Shown here piece after piece: positions 5,645 to 7,808 of a stretch of DNA of 7,808 bases. Numbering within the stretch: position 1 is the first letter of the stretch; every line of letters starts with the position of its first letter. This DNA comes from a virus (taxonomy: Duplodnaviria > Heunggongvirae > Uroviricota > Caudoviricetes), in the IMG/VR virus record IMGVR_UViG_2617270940_000002, positions 1 through 7,808 of that record; one strand, given 5' to 3'. The notes under the pieces are model-generated. The model searched no databases. It was not told where the DNA came from and saw nothing but the letters and a program-made list of their open reading frames with translations. Made by a program: the position numbers and the translations under genes.

Positions 5645-7171
5645 TCAAAAATAAACCTCACCATCAACCATATATTTGAGAGTACTTATCGCCTGCTGGG
5701 CGGATATTGTTTTCATTAAAGGATAGTGTTTAAAAACAATGCCATTCATAAAATAGATATCACAGGTTTTATTATCTGTATTGATTATGATTTTTTCGAA
5801 TGTTTTATAGGCAAGTGTACGACATAGCTCTCGCCCATTTTTACTGGTTAAGTCAATAGCATGAAAATCACCAAGTGAACTCACCGCTTTACTCTTCAAA
5901 GTTTTTAATGATACAGAAGCCCTTCGTAATTCCTTATCTAATACTCTGATTTTTTCTGCTATAGCGGTAACTTCAGGCGCAACAGATAATGCAGCAATTA
6001 AATTATTAATTTTCATCTGGAGCTCAATAATTTTCAACTCTAAAGTTTCATTAGCATCTTTCTTGTTTTCAACTGGTTGGATTTTACTACAATTAAAAAG
6101 CAACTCATTAATGATATTATAATCAACCAAATCTCTCTTTATTGATGGCCTGTCACATCGATGGAGTCTTCTCATCGGACAAACATAATAGCCATGCAAA
6201 CTTCCAGATACCGCATGAACAATCATGGTATTACCACAAGCCTCGCACTTCATAACTGTTCGAAGTAGATTTACCAACATAGGATTTTTGCTACTATTGC
6301 TAATACCAAAAGGTGCCAACCGAATTTCCTGTACAGCGTAAAACAAATCATCTGATATGACTCTGGGATAATAGCCAGCGATTTCACTTATTCCTTTACC
6401 TCTTGCACGATATGAAGGTACGCATATACCTATCAGAGCTTTATTCGCTAATAATTTTTCAATTACAGAAGGTCCCCATGCACTTTCTTTTCCTGAGAAA
6501 TTCTTTACAGCATGATCATTTAAATACTTGGCTATTGCATTCAATGAGCGCCTTTCCATCCTGAGTTTAAAAATTAGCTCAATAGTTTTCACCCTGTCGG
6601 GGTCTGGAACAAAAGCCGTTCTTTTGTCATCTAAGGAGAGACATCTCGGACAAGACGCCGTCATAATCGTACCTGATTCCAGTGCATCCTGCCGTTTTTT
6701 CTTCCATGATAATTTAACCCGACTTGACTTTATCTCGCTTTCTTCATTTGCCCTTTGTGCTATAAGTATGGCTTTTATTAATGAATATGGCTCATTCAAA
6801 GAGTCAATATTATAGACTGTATTGTCGCAAAGAGTTATAACATCAATACCGTGATTCAAAATCAATTTCAGACGTTCAATCGCTTCACCGACTTTTTCTC
6901 TTGAAAGTCTGTCCAGACTTTCAACTAACAATGTAGTTCCTGGCAATATATAACCATGCTCTATAGCATCTAAAAATTCCGAAAAAGCTCCTGATTGTGC
7001 ATGCTTTCCTTTGAATGCACTTAATCCTAAATCTTCATATGTTATGGTATCAAGATAATAATCACTATTTACCTTTAACCATTCAGCAATAAGTCTTCTC
7101 TGTCGGTTTAATGAGTCGCCAGACATCTGACCTGGTGATGAAAATCGCATATATGCTATGGCTTTTTTCAT
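5645..7171 (-). CDS. large serine recombinase (resolvase-type catalytic domain + recombinase domain + Zn-ribbon + coiled coil), 508 aa
   Basis: N-terminus AIAYMRFSSPGQ...RQRR fits the serine-recombinase active-site pattern (Y-x-R-x-S-S-x-x-Q); Cys pairs CPRC and CEAC...CPMRRLHRC; C-terminal heptad-rich region (ELKIIELQMKINNLIAAL); SD AGGTG before ATG 7171; strongly AT-rich. Same length and relative position as ybcK in DLP12, but the sequence was not verified. Confidence 0.85.
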   Translation of the reverse strand: MKKAIAYMRFSSPGQMSGDSLNRQRRLIAEWLKVNSDYYLDTITYEDLGLSAFKGKHAQSGAFSEFLDAIEHGYILPGTTLLVESLDRLSREKVGEAIERLKLILNHGIDVITLCDNTVYNIDSLNEPYSLIKAILIAQRANEESEIKSSRVKLSWKKKRQDALESGTIMTASCPRCLSLDDKRTAFVPDPDRVKTIELIFKLRMERRSLNAIAKYLNDHAVKNFSGKESAWGPSVIEKLLANKALIGICVPSYRARGKGISEIAGYYPRVISDDLFYAVQEIRLAPFGISNSSKNPMLVNLLRTVMKCEACGNTMIVHAVSGSLHGYYVCPMRRLHRCDRPSIKRDLVDYNIINELLFNCSKIQPVENKKDANETLELKIIELQMKINNLIAALSVAPEVTAIAEKIRVLDKELRRASVSLKTLKSKAVSSLGDFHAIDLTSKNGRELCRTLAYKTFEKIIINTDNKTCDIYFMNGIVFKHYPLMKTISAQQAISTLKYMVDGEVYF

Positions 7172-7372
7172 GGTGACACCTGCTAACGTATGCTTTTATA
7201 AACCTTAGTGGTGGGATATAATTTTTGTTTAATTTTTATTTAAAAAGACAATTAAGGTCACATTATCTTGAATATACAACAATAATCGTATTGCAATTTT
7301 CTTACGCCATAATCTTGAAAGCACAAAAGAATACATAAAAAAAATAAAGACATTAACAAAAAGCATAAAACG

Positions 7373-7808
7373 GGTAATGACTCCAACTTACTGATAGTGT
7401 TTTATGTTCAGATAATGCCCGATGACTTTGTCATGCAGCTCCACCGATTTTGAGAACGACAGTGACTTCCGTCCCAGCCTTGCCAGATGTTGTCTCAGAT
7501 TCAGATTATGTCGCTCAATGCGCTGAGTGTAACGCTTGCTGATTACGTGCAGCTTTCCCTTCAGGCGGGATTCATACAGCGGCCAGCCATCCGTCATCCA
7601 TATCACCACGTCAAAGGCCGACAGCAGGCTCAGAAGACGCTCCAGTGTGGCCAGAGTGCGTTCACCGAAGACGTGCGCCACAACCGTCTTCCGGAGCCTG
7701 TCATACGCGTAAAACAGCCAGCGCTGACGTGATTTAGCACCTACGTAGCCCCACTGTTCGTCCATTTCAGCGCAGACAATCACATCGCTGCCCGGTTGTA
7801 TGCGCGAG
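7373..7808 (-). mobile_element. IS1-family insertion sequence, partial copy, exact inverted duplicate of 1-436, terminal IR at inner end (7373-7395)
   Basis: Begins GGTAATGACTCCAACTTACTGATAGTG at 7373; 7373-7808 is the reverse complement of 1-436 (spot-checked at both ends; InsB translations identical). Confidence 0.9.
7388..7807 (-). CDS. insB: IS1 transposase InsB, C-terminal portion (5' end outside window)
   Basis: Translation identical to the left-copy InsB fragment; frame open to the window end. Confidence 0.85.
   Translation of the reverse strand, partial: SRIQPGSDVIVCAEMDEQWGYVGAKSRQRWLFYAYDRLRKTVVAHVFGERTLATLERLLSLLSAFDVVIWMTDGWPLYESRLKGKLHVISKRYTQRIERHNLNLRQHLARLGRKSLSFSKSVELHDKVIGHYLNIKHYQ

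Noticed and set aside
6528-6815. 95-aa plus-strand ORF inside the recombinase gene
   Set aside because: Antisense to a 508-aa ORF with clear serine-recombinase motifs
1-7808. CRISPR array, rRNA or tRNA genes
   Set aside because: No spaced direct repeats of CRISPR type and no rRNA- or tRNA-like sequence seen on either strand

Overview
This 7.8-kb window is a fragment of a DLP12/qsr'-type lambdoid prophage bracketed by two identical, inverted, window-truncated IS1 copies (1-436 and 7373-7808). I did not find a clearly novel multi-gene system. The best candidates for something undescribed are the ~1.35-kb variable cargo between ylcH and the recombinase and the IS1-bracketed architecture itself. 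No database search was run, so all homology calls come from reading the translations and from recalled family knowledge. Minus strand, right to left: an AT-rich 508-aa large serine recombinase; two orphan ORFs (107 and 118 aa) separated by a ~460-bp GC-rich non-coding island; then a tightly coupled ylcH-ybcN-ninE-ybcO-rusA-ylcG-quuD operon. Plus strand: an intact NmpC/Lc-type phage porin followed by a hairpin-rich 3' region (IpeX-like) and an intrinsic terminator. The left IS1 has cut the pinholin gene essD after codon 12.
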